The notes below the pieces were generated by a model. That model did not search any database. It worked only from the letters and a program-made list of their open reading frames with translations, and was not told where the DNA came from. Below are positions 60,989 through 64,000 of a stretch of DNA of 64,000 bases, piece after piece (within the stretch, counting starts at the first letter, position 1; the number at the start of each line of letters is the position of its first letter). The stretch lies in the IMG/VR virus record IMGVR_UViG_3300044608_002890. One strand, 5' to 3'. This DNA is from a virus. The translations under genes were made by a program, and so were the position numbers.

Positions 60989-63900
60989 ATGCCATACGTT
61001 TCTAGTCAGTTCCCTTATTATGACGATTTTGATCAAAACAAGGGTTACCATAAAATCCTGTTTCGACCTGGTCGTGCAGTACAGGCACGAGAGTTAACGC
61101 AACTCCAGACCGTTCTACAGGATCAGATAGGTACACTGGGTAAATCCTTCTTCAGAGAGGGTAGCTTTGCGTTCGAGGGAGATCCTCCTTCGTACCGTGC
61201 AAATTTAGATTATGTCAAACTGGCAACTTCATACAATAGCGTGGCGGCCAATGATGTAATCTTGGGCATGATAGGTAAACGTCTAAAAAACAATGCCAAC
61301 GTCACTGCAACCGTTGTCAATGCCATTGCTTCCATAGGTTCAGATCCACCAACTATTTACGTTACCTATGATGGTACTGCTGATGACGGTGTTACTAAAA
61401 CCTTTAACAACAGTCAGATTCTTACTGAATATGTCAATGGAGCTGCCAACATACAGCTACAAGCAGCATCATCGGGTGCTACTGGCAAAGCTACCGCCGT
61501 AGGACTCACAGAAAATTATATTTTCGTTCGAGATACATTTGTAAAGGTCAACAAGCAACTGGCCATTGTTGGCAAGTATGGTGTGCTTAGCAGCAACAGC
61601 ATAGGTTTTAGAGTTAATGAAGACATAGTAACCTATGCCGATGATTCGGCTCTTAGAGATCCAGCAGTGCTAACCGAAGGCAGTGCTGATAGCAATTATT
61701 ATGCTCTGGGTGCAGATCGATACAAACTAAGTGTCAGTCTTGAAAGCAGACCATTGCTTTCAGATACCGATGATACCGACCCCAACTTCTTTGAATTCAT
61801 CAGAGTACAGAATGAAGTACCAAGCTGGGTTCGCGAGGACATCATCTATGATACGCTTGCCAAAGAATTGGCCAAACGCACCTACGAAGAAAGTGGTGAT
61901 TATACTGTAGAATGCTTTAAACTTCAGCTCATGGAGCATGCCAACGCTAGCAACGCCCAGGTTGTAGGATACTACAACAGCGGCGGGTTGGCTAACAGCA
62001 TGGTGGCGCTCATGGGCAAAGGTCTGGCCTATGTGCGCGGCTACAGAATTGAAACCAATTACGATACACCCATAACCATAACCAAGCCCCGAACCTATGC
62101 CAATGTAACAACTACTACAGTTGACATGACAGTAGGAAATTGGGTACGTGTAACCAATGTTTATGGTTTACCCAATCTGGCCAATGATTTAGAATTAGTA
62201 GATATTTATAGTGACTACAAAGCTGGTGCACATTCAATTACGGGCCAGGGTAACAAAATTGGTACTTGCAGAATACGGCACATAGAACTTGAAAGCGGTA
62301 ACCCACAAGACTATGTCACTGGTTTTTACTATGCTTCTTGGAAACTTTATATTTTTGATGTTCAGCTTTTGCCAGGATATGAGTTTTCACGATCAGCCAA
62401 AATGCTCAGGGGCGATGGTGCCGGAGGTGCTGGTTTCAGTTGTAACTTTGCGGCCGAACCATTGCCCATGCCTGGTTCGATAAATCTGTTGTCGGGCAAT
62501 GTTTATGCAACTGGATATCAAACAAGTTTCACGAAAACTTTGGCTGACCCCAGAGCAGTTAGATCGACACTTTTCAGAGATTATATTCACGTTAAAACGC
62601 CAGGGTTTACACCTGCAGTTCAAAATTTCCGCATAGACAATGTTTTAAACGATTCTAATGTTTTACTAGGTGTGAATGTTCCAACAGTTACTGGAACTTT
62701 TCCATTTTTTGTTCACATAGTAAACATCAAAGAGCCAGAAACTGCCAGTTATATCGTAAAACTACCCTTTGATTATGTACGAAGTGTAGATGCCAACAAT
62801 GACAGCACGGTATTTACTGCGGCTAGCTGGAATACTGCCACATTATCGGCTAATTCTGCCAGCATTGTCATAAGCGGAGCAGTCAACGAGTCTTGGACTC
62901 AACCAACATTGTACAACAGTCTCATTGTTGTTACTACGGGATCCAAAGCCGGTAACGTGTATACTGGCACAGACGGTAGATTGGTTCTTAGCAACGCACA
63001 AAAAACGTTAACAGTGGATCTTGCCAGTATATCTGGTGTTTCTACCGCAGATATTCATCTTGTGCTTCCTAGAACCAAAACACTGGATCGTGCTTCGCGT
63101 CGCAGCAAAACACTCAACACCAATCGTACCTATGATGTAACCAATGCTACAGCGTATTCCGCTGATGTCATAGAACTAGACCGTGCCGATGGCAAACGTC
63201 TGGTAAGTGTGTATGAGAGTGTACCTGGCACTACTGGTAGTTTTAATGCAACAAGTGCCATAGAAATCACCAGTAATTATACTTTTGATACTGGTCAAAG
63301 AACAACACACTATGCCCGGGCAAGAATAATACGCAGGGCCGGAGCGCCTGTTCCACAGGCACCCATACAGGTTACCTATGATTATTTCAGCCATGGTGCT
63401 TCGGGTGATTATTTCAGTGTAGAGAGCTACACGGACAACGGTGTTGATTATCAGGACGTACCTAGTTTTGAAACCAATCAAGGCAAAGTATATCTTAATG
63501 ACTACCTAGATTGTAGGCCGGTCATAAATCATGCAGGTTCGGGTTACTCAAGCACTGGTGCCATAAAGCCCGACCATATACTTTCAAATTATAACTTCAC
63601 AACCAGTCTTAGTTATTTTCTCGCACACAACGCAATGATTGGTTTGAGCACCAATGGTACTTTTAATATTAAATACAGTGGTGCCGCCCCCAATGGTCAG
63701 GCAAGAGATCCTGAACCAGCTGATGACAGCATGCCATTGTATGTAATAAGAATGCGTCCCTATGTTCGTGACATGCTTACCGATGTAGATGTTGAAAATC
63801 TTTGTGTTGAGCGTTACACCATGAAGGACATTGGCAAGCTTGATCGTAGAATCACCAATCTAGAATATTATACTACCCTGAGCTTGTTGGAAAAGCAAAC

Positions 63901-64000
63901 CGAAAGTCTACAGATAAAAGATGCCGCAGGACTGGATAGGTTTAAAAATGGTTTCATAGTAGACAATTTTACTGGATTTGGTGTGGCAGATACAGCATCC
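60989..64000 (+). CDS. DUF4815-type (VrlC-like) large virion structural protein, 3' truncated
   Basis: Manual translation PYYDDFD..KGYHKILFRPG.AVQARELTQLQ...RTYEESGDY...DRFKNGF.VDNF; start and end read in the same frame; absent from ORF track. Confidence 0.88.
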   Translation, partial: MPYVSSQFPYYDDFDQNKGYHKILFRPGRAVQARELTQLQTVLQDQIGTLGKSFFREGSFAFEGDPPSYRANLDYVKLATSYNSVAANDVILGMIGKRLKNNANVTATVVNAIASIGSDPPTIYVTYDGTADDGVTKTFNNSQILTEYVNGAANIQLQAASSGATGKATAVGLTENYIFVRDTFVKVNKQLAIVGKYGVLSSNSIGFRVNEDIVTYADDSALRDPAVLTEGSADSNYYALGADRYKLSVSLESRPLLSDTDDTDPNFFEFIRVQNEVPSWVREDIIYDTLAKELAKRTYEESGDYTVECFKLQLMEHANASNAQVVGYYNSGGLANSMVALMGKGLAYVRGYRIETNYDTPITITKPRTYANVTTTTVDMTVGNWVRVTNVYGLPNLANDLELVDIYSDYKAGAHSITGQGNKIGTCRIRHIELESGNPQDYVTGFYYASWKLYIFDVQLLPGYEFSRSAKMLRGDGAGGAGFSCNFAAEPLPMPGSINLLSGNVYATGYQTSFTKTLADPRAVRSTLFRDYIHVKTPGFTPAVQNFRIDNVLNDSNVLLGVNVPTVTGTFPFFVHIVNIKEPETASYIVKLPFDYVRSVDANNDSTVFTAASWNTATLSANSASIVISGAVNESWTQPTLYNSLIVVTTGSKAGNVYTGTDGRLVLSNAQKTLTVDLASISGVSTADIHLVLPRTKTLDRASRRSKTLNTNRTYDVTNATAYSADVIELDRADGKRLVSVYESVPGTTGSFNATSAIEITSNYTFDTGQRTTHYARARIIRRAGAPVPQAPIQVTYDYFSHGASGDYFSVESYTDNGVDYQDVPSFETNQGKVYLNDYLDCRPVINHAGSGYSSTGAIKPDHILSNYNFTTSLSYFLAHNAMIGLSTNGTFNIKYSGAAPNGQARDPEPADDSMPLYVIRMRPYVRDMLTDVDVENLCVERYTMKDIGKLDRRITNLEYYTTLSLLEKQTESLQIKDAAGLDRFKNGFIVDNFTGFGVADTAS

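Noticed and set aside
1-64000. Stop-codon reassignment
   Set aside because: Conserved genes are full length under the standard code and end in TAA, TGA or TAG at expected positions.

Overview
64 kb segment of a large lytic T4-superfamily myovirus (T4/Kyanoviridae-like gene set, typical of uncultured freshwater phages). The host is probably a Gram-negative proteobacterium, inferred from host-like ahpC/ahpD/terC, an outer-membrane protein and a two-piece tmRNA. Standard genetic code. (1) 1-21 kb: early accessory region of tightly packed small + strand genes driven by at least nine near-consensus sigma70 promoters, including an array of 11 paralogous 'MNERI...KFAELIVREC...HFGVE' genes. (2) 17-36 kb: replication/repair and host-takeover genes (rnh, dsbA-like, DNA ligase, AAA ATPase, uvsE, phoH, GH19 lysin, Cas4-like nuclease, ahpC-terC-ahpD, a circularly permuted tmRNA, OM beta-barrel, 2OG-Fe(II) oxygenase, SleB-type hydrolase, gp33, gp59, gp32). 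(3) 36.9-41.7 kb, minus strand: gp4, gp2, gp54, gp26, gp51, 3TM holin, tape-measure-like gene. (4) 41.8-64 kb: baseplate/adhesin module (gp48, gp53, hub, a split gp5, PAAR, gp25, gp6, gp7, a 1668-aa repeat adhesin, gp8, DUF4815 protein running off the end). Best leads: the modular, apparently recombining paralog array whose 3' box doubles as the next gene's RBS; the permuted phage tmRNA; a P2/lambda-style -1 slippery site fusing gp26 to gp51; a genetically split gp5 carrying two different cell-wall hydrolases; and an Ig-like repeat split between gp7 and the giant adhesin. All family calls are by motif recognition only; no searches were run.
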